Shown piece by piece: positions 39,495 to 49,584 of a stretch of DNA of 64,000 bases (its first letter is position 1; every line of letters begins with the position of its first letter). The translations under genes and the position numbers were made by a program. Source of the DNA: an uncultured Candidatus Saccharibacteria bacterium. Its GTDB lineage: Bacteria; Patescibacteriota; Saccharimonadia; Saccharimonadales; SZUA-47. The notes under the pieces were generated by a model. The model was not told the origin of the DNA. It saw only the letters and a list, made by a program, of their open reading frames with translations, and did no database searches. The DNA lies in assembly GCA_964536485.1 (NCBI GenBank), contig CAZHXX010000005.1, forward strand, positions 42 through 64,041, in the 5' to 3' direction.

Positions 39495-41108
39495 GTGGGT
39501 TCTGATGATTCGTATCTGCTGAAAACGCGTATCAAACAGCTTGCTTCAAGTGAGCATGAGGGTAAATGCGTGCTGTACGTGATGAGCAGGGACCAGCGGG
39601 TTAAAGATAACCATGCACTGCTTGCTGCCCAGAAGCATGCTTTGGCAAAAAAACTCCCTCTAGCGGTAGTATTTTGTCTCTATGAGAAAGCAGGCTATAG
39701 AGCAAGGGAGCATTATGAGTTTATGCTTGCGGGGCTGAAAGAGGTCGAAGCAGAACTTGCTATACTAAACATCCCACTCATGATGGTGATTGGTAACCCA
39801 AAAGAAAAATTAAGTGCCGTGTTGCATCATACAGCACCAGATGCAGTTTATTTTGACTTCAACCCCTTGCGCGGGCCGTGTAAGCTTCAGCAGGCAGTCG
39901 CAGACGAGGCAAGCTGCAAGGTATTTGTGGTTGATACGCATAATGTCGTGCCTGCATGGGTCGCAAGCCCAAAGCAAGAAGTCGGTGCATATACTATGCG
40001 CCCAAAACTTCACAAACTTTTGAGTACTTATCTGGTTGAACCAGAGCTCTTACAAAAACACCCCTACAAGTGGCCTGGAGTTATTCAGACGCTCGAGGTG
40101 CTACAGCCCCTTATTAAAGAGATTATCGAGAAGATAGTGCGCAACAATACGCAGATTGTCTGGAGCAGTGGCTCTCAGGCTGCGCTAGAGCACTTAGAAT
40201 CGTTTATTGCGTCAAAACTAGAGAGATACGCAGTTGACCGCAACGACCCCACAGCAGGCTCACAGAGCGATCTATCTCCATATTTGCATTTTGGGCAACT
40301 TTCTTCTTTGCGCGTTGCTCTAAGACTTCGCGAAGAGGCTCATAGAGCGGGCAGTGACCTACATTTTCTCGCAAGCCCGAAAATGCCAAAACCAGAAGAT
40401 GCAGAGACAACCAAGCAGCGTGGCATCGACTCGCTCATAGAAGAAATGATAGTACGCAAAGAGTTGGCAGATAACTTCTGCTACTACAATGAAAATTATG
40501 ACAATATAGAGAGCGCACCGAAGTGGGCGCGTGTTTCACTCGACGCGCACCGTGATGATCCACGCGAACATGTATACACATATGAGGAATTACAAAACGC
40601 GCAGACTCATGACCCCGCATGGAACGCTTCACAAAGACAATTGACTACGACGGGGAAAATGCATGGCTACATGCGTATGTACTGGGCAAAGAAAGTGCTT
40701 GAGTGGTCCCCTAGTCGGGCTGATGTATCTGGTACTCTTGACAGTTTTTTGCCCAAAAATGACATGGACAGTACGAAGCGTACAGCCACACGTTCATTTT
40801 CAGTCAAAGAAACAGCCAATAGCACTCAGCTAATCAGCCCTGCAACTAGCAATCGAAGAAACTTACAACTTGAAAATTTAGCTGGGGCGGAATGGGCCAT
40901 TGAAGTATTGATACGGCTCAACGACCATTATTCAATAGATGGTGGAGACCCAAATGGCTATGCAGGAATCTTATGGTCAGTAGCCGGAGTTCACGACCGC
41001 CCGTGGTTTGAGCGACCCATATTTGGAGTCATCCGCTATATGAACTATGAAGGCTTAAAGCGTAAGTTTGATATTGAAGTATATCAAGCGGCAAAAAAAG
41101 TCGACTAA
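39495..41108 (+). CDS. class II CPD photolyase (with ~50-aa lineage-specific insertion)
   Basis: GTG start; LYVMSRDQRVKDNHALLAA, DNFCYYNENYD, THDPAWNASQ, GKMHGYMRMYWAKKVLEWS, DPNGYAGILWSVAGVHDRPWFERPIFG.IRYMNYEG match class II photolyase blocks. Confidence 0.85.
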   Translation: MGSDDSYLLKTRIKQLASSEHEGKCVLYVMSRDQRVKDNHALLAAQKHALAKKLPLAVVFCLYEKAGYRAREHYEFMLAGLKEVEAELAILNIPLMMVIGNPKEKLSAVLHHTAPDAVYFDFNPLRGPCKLQQAVADEASCKVFVVDTHNVVPAWVASPKQEVGAYTMRPKLHKLLSTYLVEPELLQKHPYKWPGVIQTLEVLQPLIKEIIEKIVRNNTQIVWSSGSQAALEHLESFIASKLERYAVDRNDPTAGSQSDLSPYLHFGQLSSLRVALRLREEAHRAGSDLHFLASPKMPKPEDAETTKQRGIDSLIEEMIVRKELADNFCYYNENYDNIESAPKWARVSLDAHRDDPREHVYTYEELQNAQTHDPAWNASQRQLTTTGKMHGYMRMYWAKKVLEWSPSRADVSGTLDSFLPKNDMDSTKRTATRSFSVKETANSTQLISPATSNRRNLQLENLAGAEWAIEVLIRLNDHYSIDGGDPNGYAGILWSVAGVHDRPWFERPIFGVIRYMNYEGLKRKFDIEVYQAAKKVD

Positions 41109-41123
41109 GGCACGGCTTAAGAA

Positions 41124-41606
41124 TTAATATAGTGAGCCGTTAGTATTGCAGTTTGGGTAAGTTTTAGAGCCAACGTATGGTTTTTGGTACACGGTTGTGT
41201 ATTTGATGACGCTATTAGTGTTCTTGGGAGTGGTTGGAAACGAAATTCCTCCAATTACCTGTCCCGAACTACTATATATGACAGAAGTTAAGGGCATTGA
41301 ATTCGGTGAGCGGTAGTATCCCGCTACTCGGTAAACAGAACCTCCTAAGGGAATAGCACATCCGTAAACTACGAAATATGATGTAGATGATATCAGTCCC
41401 CAATAATAAGCACTTGCCTCATCCTGTACATAATTCTTCCACACCCCATACCCAATACTAGAAAAAGCTAAGAACCCAGCAAGTCCTAAATAACTTAATT
41501 TCTTCCAATTCTTCTTAAAGTCTAAGTTCTTTAAACTAAACTTCTTTTTCTTGTTAGACTTAACCGCTTTCTTAACACTTGTTGCTTTTGTTTTAGATTT
41601 TGGCAT
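41124..41606 (-). CDS. basic N-terminus single-TM hypothetical protein
   Basis: 160-aa ORF, Lys-rich N-tail, TM, Tyr/Ser/Gly-rich ectodomain. Confidence 0.4.
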   Translation of the reverse strand: MPKSKTKATSVKKAVKSNKKKKFSLKNLDFKKNWKKLSYLGLAGFLAFSSIGYGVWKNYVQDEASAYYWGLISSTSYFVVYGCAIPLGGSVYRVAGYYRSPNSMPLTSVIYSSSGQVIGGISFPTTPKNTNSVIKYTTVYQKPYVGSKTYPNCNTNGSLY

Positions 41607-41678
41607 TAGTTTTTTCCTTAAATCATTTTGCTATTTATGTAACTGTTATGCTTACATAGAAACATGAAGTAATTCAAT

Positions 41679-43172
41679 ATGCAACAATATTTTTACAGAC
41701 ATTTCAAGCGAACGGCAACACTCACTTTTACATTATGCTTAGTTTTTGCCGTCATCACGCCCATAAAAAGTTCTGCTCAAGAGCTAACGGACGAGGCAAC
41801 TGTCCCTGCAATGTGTGGGACCACGCAGAACTACATCGAGTCATACCTCCAGCTTAGTAAAGGCAATTATGTAGTAACGTTTTCCTCTGACAACAGCGGA
41901 AAGTATGAGGTCTATAAAAGTAAGTTAGGCAAAGAATGTGAACGAATCGATGCTAATGATTCCTCTATACAAGTCACCGAAGATAATGTTCCAATTACAC
42001 TCCAGGTATTTTCACCAGACGACGCCATTTATGCAGATAAAAGTACTAGTCTCGTTGTAACAGCAACGGGCGACCCGTTTATCAGTGGATGTAGCGATGT
42101 GAGCGGGTGTGATATTACCTATAACAACGAAAAGGTGAGAGTTATACCACAGAAAACCTCGTTCTACTTTGACTCTCTAGCGGTATATCAATACAAACCA
42201 ATAACAGAAGTAGGCATAAAAAGAGTGAGCTATTCTATCGAAGGGCGAAAAGTATACGAAACCACGGCTCTGTTGCCGTTCAATAAACGCTATGTGCCTG
42301 CTGGCACACATGAAGTGCAGCGAACAGTAGAGTTAGAGAATGGACAACTGCTTGTAGCGAAAGACATGCTAGAAAACGGGGTGCAGGGAGACATTGGGCC
42401 GCTTTTTGTCAGCTGGGTGTATGCAAATTTACGGGTTTTAAGGGTGGCGGGTTGTATCTTTTTGGTCTTCATACTCCTCTTTATTCTTGAAATCATTCGG
42501 GCAAGAAGAAGAGTAAAGCATCTCTGGCTTGCCGAACATATCGCTACCTCCAAAGATGCAAAAGAAGCGCTACGACCAGGCGTTATCTTTAATGAAGACA
42601 TCGACCCTCTAAGAGCAGTTATAGGGCTCATGAAACTTCCGGCACTCGTCTTGCTAGTTGTAGTGAGTGTTTTTGTTGTGACGACAAAATTTGGGTTTAC
42701 CCTAATTAAAACCGACGGGAAGAGTATGAACAACACTATACAAGACCATCAGCAGCTTGCTGTTAATCTATTGCCACGTTCTTTTGCTAGCCTGCAGCGA
42801 GGTGATTTTTTGCCAAGTAGGGGAGATATAGTAATCTTTGAACGAAAGAGCGAATCTGCTGTTGATGGAGGGACAGAAAAAATGTTGCTCGTAAAACGAG
42901 TCATTGGCTTACCGGGAGACGTTGTACACGTAGCACCTCAAAAAGTAACAGTCGATACAATAAAAGGCGAAAAGACTGTATCTTATACAGATACTGATCA
43001 GGCGTGGTACAAAACAGTAAATGTCTCAGAGTTTAACGGACAACTTGATGTCACGTTAGGTCCGGGCGAAGTTTTTGTCATGGGTGACAACCGGGATAAC
43101 TCTATTGATTCGCGCTTTTTTGGACCTATTAAGGCTGAAGATATTGTTGGTGAAGTCTTGCGTCCTTTGTAA
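41679..43172 (+). CDS. lepB: signal peptidase I (S26) with large N-terminal secreted domain
   Basis: C-terminal S26 blocks GKSMNNT (Ser), LVKRVIGLPGD (Lys), VFVMGDNRDNSIDSRFFGPI; preceded by TM and a ~250-aa domain carrying its own signal peptide. Confidence 0.7.
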   Translation: MQQYFYRHFKRTATLTFTLCLVFAVITPIKSSAQELTDEATVPAMCGTTQNYIESYLQLSKGNYVVTFSSDNSGKYEVYKSKLGKECERIDANDSSIQVTEDNVPITLQVFSPDDAIYADKSTSLVVTATGDPFISGCSDVSGCDITYNNEKVRVIPQKTSFYFDSLAVYQYKPITEVGIKRVSYSIEGRKVYETTALLPFNKRYVPAGTHEVQRTVELENGQLLVAKDMLENGVQGDIGPLFVSWVYANLRVLRVAGCIFLVFILLFILEIIRARRRVKHLWLAEHIATSKDAKEALRPGVIFNEDIDPLRAVIGLMKLPALVLLVVVSVFVVTTKFGFTLIKTDGKSMNNTIQDHQQLAVNLLPRSFASLQRGDFLPSRGDIVIFERKSESAVDGGTEKMLLVKRVIGLPGDVVHVAPQKVTVDTIKGEKTVSYTDTDQAWYKTVNVSEFNGQLDVTLGPGEVFVMGDNRDNSIDSRFFGPIKAEDIVGEVLRPL

Positions 43173-43190
43173 AACTGCTACACTGAACAT

Positions 43191-44645
43191 ATGACTTTTT
43201 ATTTCTACGACCTAGAAACCTCAAGCGGGAGTGCTCGAACTGGGCGTGTTATGCAGTTTGCCGGGCAACGGACCAACGAAAATCTAGAACCAATTGGCGA
43301 GCCAGATAACTTGCTTGTAAAACTGCCAGATGATATTTTGCCTGAACCTGACGCCATTTTGGTGCATGGCATTACACCACAGCAGACTTTGCGCGATGGG
43401 ATAACCGAAGCAGATTTTGCTGAGTTTTTTAATGAGAAAATAGCTCAGCCTAACACGGTGTTTGTTGGCTATAACAATATACGTTTTGACGATGAGTTTA
43501 TGCGTCTTGTCTGTTATCGAACCTTCCATGACCCTTACGAATGGCACTGGAAAGACGGCCGAGGCAGATGGGACTTACTGGACGCAATGCGCATGATGCG
43601 AGCACTCCGACCTGAAGGCTTACGGTGGCCGTTTACCGAAGATGGCAAACCGACGGTCAAACTTGAATTACTTGCTAAGGAGAATGATGTTTTGCATAAA
43701 AATGCGCATGATGCATTGAGTGATGTTCTCGCCCTTATTGAATTAGCAAGACGCTTTAAGTCGTCTCAGCCTCGGTTGTTTAGTTATTTGTTGCTTGCTC
43801 GTGACAAAAAGCAAGTCGCTAAATTATGCGAAGGAGGTGAACCATTTGTCTATACCTCTGGCAAATATGCGAGCGAGTATCATAAGACAACAATCGTACA
43901 GACGCTTTTTCGGCATCCACGCCGTGAAGCGGCTATTGTGTACGATTTACGTTTCGACCCGACAGAATGGTTCAAGAAAACGGCAAAAGAACTTGCAGAG
44001 CACTGGAAAGCTCGTTACGGTGACGATAAAAAGCCTTTGCCAGTGAAAACCATGCAATATAATCGTTGTCCGGCGGTTGCCCCGCTTGCCGTTCTTGACG
44101 AAAAAAGCAGAGAGAGGATTGGCTATAGCAAAGATTTTGAGACGCACCTGCAGACACTTCACGACAATCCTGAGTTCATACAAACTCTCAAGGACGCCCT
44201 TGATATTATCGAAAATGAACAACAAACTCGTCTTGCGCTTGATCAGCCGGTTGACGCCCAGTTGTACGATGAGTTTTGGAATGATAAAGACAAGAGCGAA
44301 ATGCTTGCACTACGCATGAGTGACCCAGCAGAAATTGGCTCTAAGTTAGCAGAGATAAAAAATAAGCGGTTGCGTGAGCTGGCTCCGCTCTACAAAGCAC
44401 GCAACTTTCCTGCTCTGCTTACGCCCGAAGAACATGACGCATGGGAAGCACGACGCTATAAGCTGTTTTATGGCAATGGGCAGACAGGCCAGCTTGCACG
44501 CGTGGGACAACGCCTTGTCGAGATAGCTAAAACGCGCAAATTAAGTGCCAATGACGAATATTTACTCTCAGAACTCCAGCTGTATATAGAAAGTATCTTG
44601 CCTGAAGCACCAGATACGATTTCAAACGTAAATGAACTTAATTAG
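43191..44645 (+). CDS. sbcB: exodeoxyribonuclease I
   Basis: DEDDh exonuclease motifs FYFYDLETSS, GYNNIRFDDEF, HNAHDALSDV; SbcB C-terminal domain. Confidence 0.8.
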   Translation: MTFYFYDLETSSGSARTGRVMQFAGQRTNENLEPIGEPDNLLVKLPDDILPEPDAILVHGITPQQTLRDGITEADFAEFFNEKIAQPNTVFVGYNNIRFDDEFMRLVCYRTFHDPYEWHWKDGRGRWDLLDAMRMMRALRPEGLRWPFTEDGKPTVKLELLAKENDVLHKNAHDALSDVLALIELARRFKSSQPRLFSYLLLARDKKQVAKLCEGGEPFVYTSGKYASEYHKTTIVQTLFRHPRREAAIVYDLRFDPTEWFKKTAKELAEHWKARYGDDKKPLPVKTMQYNRCPAVAPLAVLDEKSRERIGYSKDFETHLQTLHDNPEFIQTLKDALDIIENEQQTRLALDQPVDAQLYDEFWNDKDKSEMLALRMSDPAEIGSKLAEIKNKRLRELAPLYKARNFPALLTPEEHDAWEARRYKLFYGNGQTGQLARVGQRLVEIAKTRKLSANDEYLLSELQLYIESILPEAPDTISNVNELN

Positions 44646-44836
44646 ATTGATAGCCGACGGAATCTCTCGATATCTGTCATGGTGCGCATAATCTCGCGCT
44701 GAATCGTTTTTTGTCTTTTTACGAGATAGCGCAAGAGTACCATCACAAGCAATATCCCACAGATTGTTTCTATGGTGTCAAAAGTCACTTGAAAATTAGT
44801 CCCTGGAACATAGCCAGAGATTAAAAACTGCCACAC
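44642..44836 (-). CDS. small membrane protein (hypothetical)
   Basis: 64-aa ORF downstream of the PGPGW gene on the same strand. Confidence 0.25.
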   Translation of the reverse strand: MWQFLISGYVPGTNFQVTFDTIETICGILLVMVLLRYLVKRQKTIQREIMRTMTDIERFRRLSI

Positions 44837-44894
44837 GTTCGTGCCACCTCGCTTACTTGAGACGGATTATACCACAAGTTTGCTAAATATGCAA

Positions 44895-45326
44895 CTATTT
44901 TTTACCGGTTCGCCTGAGCTGCTTGTCCAGCCATGAAAGTCGGTTGCGATTGAGCATAAAGATTGTCGATGCACTGGCCATTGTTCCAATGCTTAGTCCT
45001 TTTAAGAGCCACTGCTCAACAGCAATGTTGAGCCAAAGCCCCCCGGCAAACAACACGATTGCAAAAATATCCCACGCAAGTTTGATGGCCGGTTTGTCAG
45101 GAAAAATGATGCTTTGAAGACTTTCACTATGCTTCTTTACGTAGTGAATTGCATTATCTGCCCAGTCGTGATTGACAGCAAGGAACCCAAAGCCAGCTAG
45201 GATGAGGGGAATACCGCCGGGTCCAGGAAGAGGGCCAAGAAAAGGAACAAGCAACAAACACCCCACGCCTGCTAAATCGGTGAGGATAACCTTGAAGAGC
45301 GAATTATTGTTTTGTTTACGGGCCAT
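44895..45326 (-). CDS. PGPGW-motif transmembrane protein
   Basis: LPGPGGIPLILAGFGFLA matches PGPGW family signature. Confidence 0.5.
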   Translation of the reverse strand: MARKQNNNSLFKVILTDLAGVGCLLLVPFLGPLPGPGGIPLILAGFGFLAVNHDWADNAIHYVKKHSESLQSIIFPDKPAIKLAWDIFAIVLFAGGLWLNIAVEQWLLKGLSIGTMASASTIFMLNRNRLSWLDKQLRRTGKK

Positions 45327-45435
45327 ACATAGAGTATAACGTGTAGAGCTTGGCCGCGCTCTATTTCAGGTGCACAAAACATGGTAGTAAATTTCCTATA
45401 CCTGCATGCCAACGGATAGCGTATAATAATAGGTC

Positions 45436-48252
45436 ATGTCGGAGGTAATACGTGTTCAGGGTGCAAGAGAGCACAACCTGAAGAATATCAACATAGAACT
45501 GCCACGTAATTCTTTGGTAGTAATTACGGGTTTAAGCGGTTCCGGAAAGTCTTCGCTTGCGTTTGATACGATTTATGCCGAAGGTCAGAGACGCTATGTA
45601 GAATCATTGAGTGCCTATGCACGTCAGTTTCTTGGGCTTATGGAAAAACCGGATGTTGACCAAATTGACGGTTTGAGCCCAGCTATTTCTATCGACCAAA
45701 AATCTACAAGTAGGAACCCTCGCTCTACGGTTGCGACGGTGACCGAGATATACGACTATCTTCGTTTGCTCTATGCGCGTATTGGAACACCACATGGTCC
45801 TGACGGAAAACCAATTCAGACTATGACAATTCAGGATATTACTGACGGAGTACGTAGTCTGCCAAAAGACCACAGGCTGATGATTCTAGCACCCGTTGTT
45901 ATAGACAAAAAAGGTGAACACGCCCACATCCCAGAGCTCTACTCAAGGCAAGGCTATGCGCGTGCAAGAGTTGACGGGGTTGTTTATTCACTGGATGAAT
46001 TTCCAGAACTAGATAAAAAATATAAACACTCGATCGAAATTATCGTAGATCGTGTCGTCAATAATGATGATCAAGCAGGTCGTATATTCCAAGCGGTAGA
46101 GAACGCTTTGCAACTAGCTGATGGGCAGCTGGCGGTAGTAGATGCGGACGAACAAGACAAAGAACATCGCTTTAGTCAGCGTTACTACAACCCAGCGTAT
46201 CCTGATTTTAATGCGCCAGACATGGAGCCGAGAACATTTAGCTTTAATAGTCCGCACGGAGCATGTCCTGTTTGCACGGGCCTTGGAAATCGACTTGAAG
46301 TTGACCCTGAGCTGGTGTTGCCAAATGGAAAACTTACTATTGCAGAAGGGGCTATTCGTCCCTATAACCGTATGGCGCCAGATGCCTGGAACATGAAAAA
46401 AATGCAGGCAGTTGCAGAACGATATAGGTTTTCTATCCATGTGCCGACGTCAGAGCTTACAGAATCACAGCTTGAAAAGATCATGTACGGAACAGGTACT
46501 GAAACGTATTCAATTTCGCTTGGCTCTGGTCGGTATTTTGACACGACATATGAAGGGGTCATCCCAAACTTAGAACGAAGACATAAGGAAACCGATAGCG
46601 ACTTCATGCGCAGGGAAATTGAGCGTTTTATGGTGGAGAAGCCTTGTCATGCATGTCGTGGTAAACGACTTAAGCCAGAAGTTTTAGCGGTTACTGTTGC
46701 AGATCAATCGATTATGGACTTATGCGAACTTTCTGTTGAAGATGCGGTAGATTTCTTCTCACATATTCAATTTAGTGACAAAGAAATGAATATCGCGCGC
46801 CAGGTGATTAAAGAGATTAACGCGCGTTTGAGTTTTTTGAACGAAGTAGGACTTGGCTATTTGACACTTGCCCGCAGTGCCAATACGCTCTCTGGCGGTG
46901 AAGCGCAACGCATTCGTTTGGCTACCCAAATTGGATCTGGACTCCAGGGCGTGCTCTACGTGCTTGATGAACCGTCTATCGGGCTTCATCAGCGAGATAA
47001 TGACAGACTTATACGGACACTAAAACGCCTTAAGGAGCTTGGAAACACCGTTATTGTGGTGGAGCATGATGAAGATACCATTCGTACGGCAGATTACCTG
47101 GTAGATATTGGTCCTGGTGCTGGCGTGCACGGTGGGCATGTCGTCGCGGCTGGTACCCCAGAAGAAGTCTCAAAGAGCAAAGAAAGTATTACCGGCAAAT
47201 ACCTGCGAGGGGAAGTACAAGTTGCCGTACCAAAGAAGCGTCGAAAGGGAAGTGGAAAATCATTATTTGTCCGAGGTGCGCGTGAAAATAACCTAAGAAA
47301 CATTGATGTAGAAGTACCTCTCGGCAAAATGGTGGTAGTAAGTGGCGTGAGCGGTTCGGGCAAGAGCACACTTATTAATGATATTTTGGCAAAAGAACTG
47401 CATATTCGTTTGAGCCGTGCGCATGAAGCAGTTGGACGTCACGATGATATTGAGGGCATAGAGCATCTCGATAAAGTAATTATTATTGACCAATCTCCTA
47501 TTGGGCGGACTCCTCGAAGTAACCCGGCAACGTATGTAGGGCTGTTTACGCCAATCCGCGAACTGTTTGCAAGTACGCCCGAAGCGAAAATTCGCGGTTA
47601 TAAAGCTGGCAGATTTAGCTTCAACGTTCGTGGTGGACGATGCGAAAACTGTCAGGGTGACGGCATGATTAAGATAGAAATGCATTTCTTGCCCGATGTA
47701 TACGTGCCTTGCGAAGTCTGCAAAGGGCGACGATACAACCGTGAAGCGCTTGAGATTCACTTCAAGGGGAAGACTATTGCAGATATTCTTGAAATGACGG
47801 TTGAGCAAGGCTTTGAGTTTTTTGAGAATATCCCTTCAATTGCTAAGAAACTCGAAACATTGGTACAAGTAGGGCTTGGCTACATGCGTCTTGGCCAGTC
47901 GGCAACAACATTGTCTGGTGGCGAAGCACAGCGCGTAAAACTTGCCACCGAACTATCAAAACGGCCAACAGGGCGTACACTCTATGTGCTTGATGAGCCA
48001 ACAACAGGACTACACATGGATGATGTGCGCCGTCTGATGGATGTATTACATGCTCTCGTAGACACGGGAAATAGCATGGTGATTATTGAGCACAACTTGG
48101 ACGTTATTAAGTCTGCAGACCACATTATCGATATGGGACCAGAAGGCGGTTCGCACGGTGGGCTTGTGGTTGCTAGTGGCACACCAGAAGAAGTTGCAAA
48201 GGTAAAAGAATCTTATACAGGCAAATTCTTGGCACCAATGCTTCTCAAGTAA
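45436..48252 (+). CDS. uvrA: excinuclease ABC subunit A
   Basis: Two ABC ATPase modules (GLSGSGKSSLAF, GVSGSGKSTL), LSGGEAQR signature twice, zinc-finger Cys clusters. Confidence 0.95.
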   Translation: MSEVIRVQGAREHNLKNINIELPRNSLVVITGLSGSGKSSLAFDTIYAEGQRRYVESLSAYARQFLGLMEKPDVDQIDGLSPAISIDQKSTSRNPRSTVATVTEIYDYLRLLYARIGTPHGPDGKPIQTMTIQDITDGVRSLPKDHRLMILAPVVIDKKGEHAHIPELYSRQGYARARVDGVVYSLDEFPELDKKYKHSIEIIVDRVVNNDDQAGRIFQAVENALQLADGQLAVVDADEQDKEHRFSQRYYNPAYPDFNAPDMEPRTFSFNSPHGACPVCTGLGNRLEVDPELVLPNGKLTIAEGAIRPYNRMAPDAWNMKKMQAVAERYRFSIHVPTSELTESQLEKIMYGTGTETYSISLGSGRYFDTTYEGVIPNLERRHKETDSDFMRREIERFMVEKPCHACRGKRLKPEVLAVTVADQSIMDLCELSVEDAVDFFSHIQFSDKEMNIARQVIKEINARLSFLNEVGLGYLTLARSANTLSGGEAQRIRLATQIGSGLQGVLYVLDEPSIGLHQRDNDRLIRTLKRLKELGNTVIVVEHDEDTIRTADYLVDIGPGAGVHGGHVVAAGTPEEVSKSKESITGKYLRGEVQVAVPKKRRKGSGKSLFVRGARENNLRNIDVEVPLGKMVVVSGVSGSGKSTLINDILAKELHIRLSRAHEAVGRHDDIEGIEHLDKVIIIDQSPIGRTPRSNPATYVGLFTPIRELFASTPEAKIRGYKAGRFSFNVRGGRCENCQGDGMIKIEMHFLPDVYVPCEVCKGRRYNREALEIHFKGKTIADILEMTVEQGFEFFENIPSIAKKLETLVQVGLGYMRLGQSATTLSGGEAQRVKLATELSKRPTGRTLYVLDEPTTGLHMDDVRRLMDVLHALVDTGNSMVIIEHNLDVIKSADHIIDMGPEGGSHGGLVVASGTPEEVAKVKESYTGKFLAPMLLK

Positions 48253-48328
48253 AGCTTTGTGCGCACAACACTTTGATGAGCACGTAATGAGCCTGTTATA
48301 CTAAAGACATAGAAAAGAGGGAAAACCA

Positions 48329-48973
48329 ATGAGTTCAGAGACAATCGCGCTAGAAGCAGAAAAACGTGAAGCCACAGGGAAACAGGTAAAGGCACTTCGT
48401 GCTACGGGCCAAGTGCCGGCTACCATTTATGAAAAGGGAAAAGAATCTCTCAACGTGCAATTGACGTATTTGCCGCTGTTTAAGGCGTGGCACAAGGCTG
48501 GAAAGCACCACCCAATTGAGCTCACGATTGATGGCAAAAAGCACCTAACCATGATTAAAGATGTGTCTTATGACCCGGTAAAAGCTACGTTGACCCATGT
48601 GTCATTCCACGCAATTAAAATGAATGTTGCTGTTGAAGCAGAAGTGCCACTTCATATGACAGGTCAAGCACCGGCGAGTGTTGCTGGACTACTCGTAAGA
48701 CTCAACATCGACAGCGTAGCTGTGAAGGGGTTGCCAAACCAAATCCCAGACGCTATCGAAGTTGATGTCACGGGAATTGCTACAGAAGATGATGACATTC
48801 GCATGAACCAACTCGTTGTCCCTAAAGAGATTGAGCTCTTAGAAACCGACCCAGAAGCGGTCGTGGTGAGCGTGACTGTTCCACGAGCCGAGATTGAGAA
48901 GGAAGCTGAAGAAGAAATTGCAGCTGCTGACGTCCCAAGCGCAAACGGTGGCGACAATTCCACAGAAGCGTAA
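48329..48973 (+). CDS. rplY: 50S ribosomal protein L25 / general stress protein Ctc
   Basis: L25 N-domain plus Ctc C-terminal extension; REATGKQVKALRATGQVPA start typical. Confidence 0.85.
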   Translation: MSSETIALEAEKREATGKQVKALRATGQVPATIYEKGKESLNVQLTYLPLFKAWHKAGKHHPIELTIDGKKHLTMIKDVSYDPVKATLTHVSFHAIKMNVAVEAEVPLHMTGQAPASVAGLLVRLNIDSVAVKGLPNQIPDAIEVDVTGIATEDDDIRMNQLVVPKEIELLETDPEAVVVSVTVPRAEIEKEAEEEIAAADVPSANGGDNSTEA

Positions 48974-48994
48974 GCGAGCTATAGCATAAGAATA

Positions 48995-49024
48995 TTGACT
49001 TTTTAGAATATATTATGATATAAT
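48995..49024 (+). promoter_or_regulatory. candidate promoter TTGACT-18-TATAAT, possibly producing a leaderless mRNA
   Basis: -10 ends ~9 nt before ATG 49034. Confidence 0.35.
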
Positions 49025-49033
49025 ATATTTATT

Positions 49034-49267
49034 ATGTCATTACGTTTTCCTGATTTTGCTGAGCCTGCGAATCTTGCTATTCATTGTCAAAATAGGATTA
49101 CATCTCTAGTAAGTGGTGATGAAGACAGAAAACACTTAAAAGTTCTTGCAGAAGAGCGACAAAGACAGTTGAATACTTTGTTTAACTTAACTGGCGAAGT
49201 CCAGTTGAACGAATATGTGACTCCGATCCCGCCTTTCGATTTTACGAATCAGAAAGATGTCGCGTAA
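49034..49267 (+). CDS. small hypothetical protein
   Basis: 77-aa ORF behind candidate promoter. Confidence 0.3.
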   Translation: MSLRFPDFAEPANLAIHCQNRITSLVSGDEDRKHLKVLAEERQRQLNTLFNLTGEVQLNEYVTPIPPFDFTNQKDVA

Positions 49268-49272
49268 CCGTT

Positions 49273-49584
49273 ATGGCTCGTTATGAATATCGACCGCGTC
49301 CAAGTATTGACCCAAGACCAGATTGTATGCGCGCAGGGTGGAGAACACCTGAAGACATCACTCCTGAAGGAGCGGAAGTAAACCGGGAGGTTATAGGTGG
49401 ACTGGCTTCAAGAGTTCTGAATCATGTTGCAGATGGTCAACTCGATGGAGTATATTCAAAAGATTTTGGTAGAGTCATTTTTGATGCTGATACAACACCT
49501 GAAGGTGAAGCCTTATTTTTAGCACAAACCGTAGGGCAAAACGGTAATACAGTACTTTATTTTGCCGAAAAAAATATTGGTTAA
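49273..49584 (+). CDS. small hypothetical protein
   Basis: 103-aa ORF 5 nt after previous. Confidence 0.3.
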   Translation: MARYEYRPRPSIDPRPDCMRAGWRTPEDITPEGAEVNREVIGGLASRVLNHVADGQLDGVYSKDFGRVIFDADTTPEGEALFLAQTVGQNGNTVLYFAEKNIG

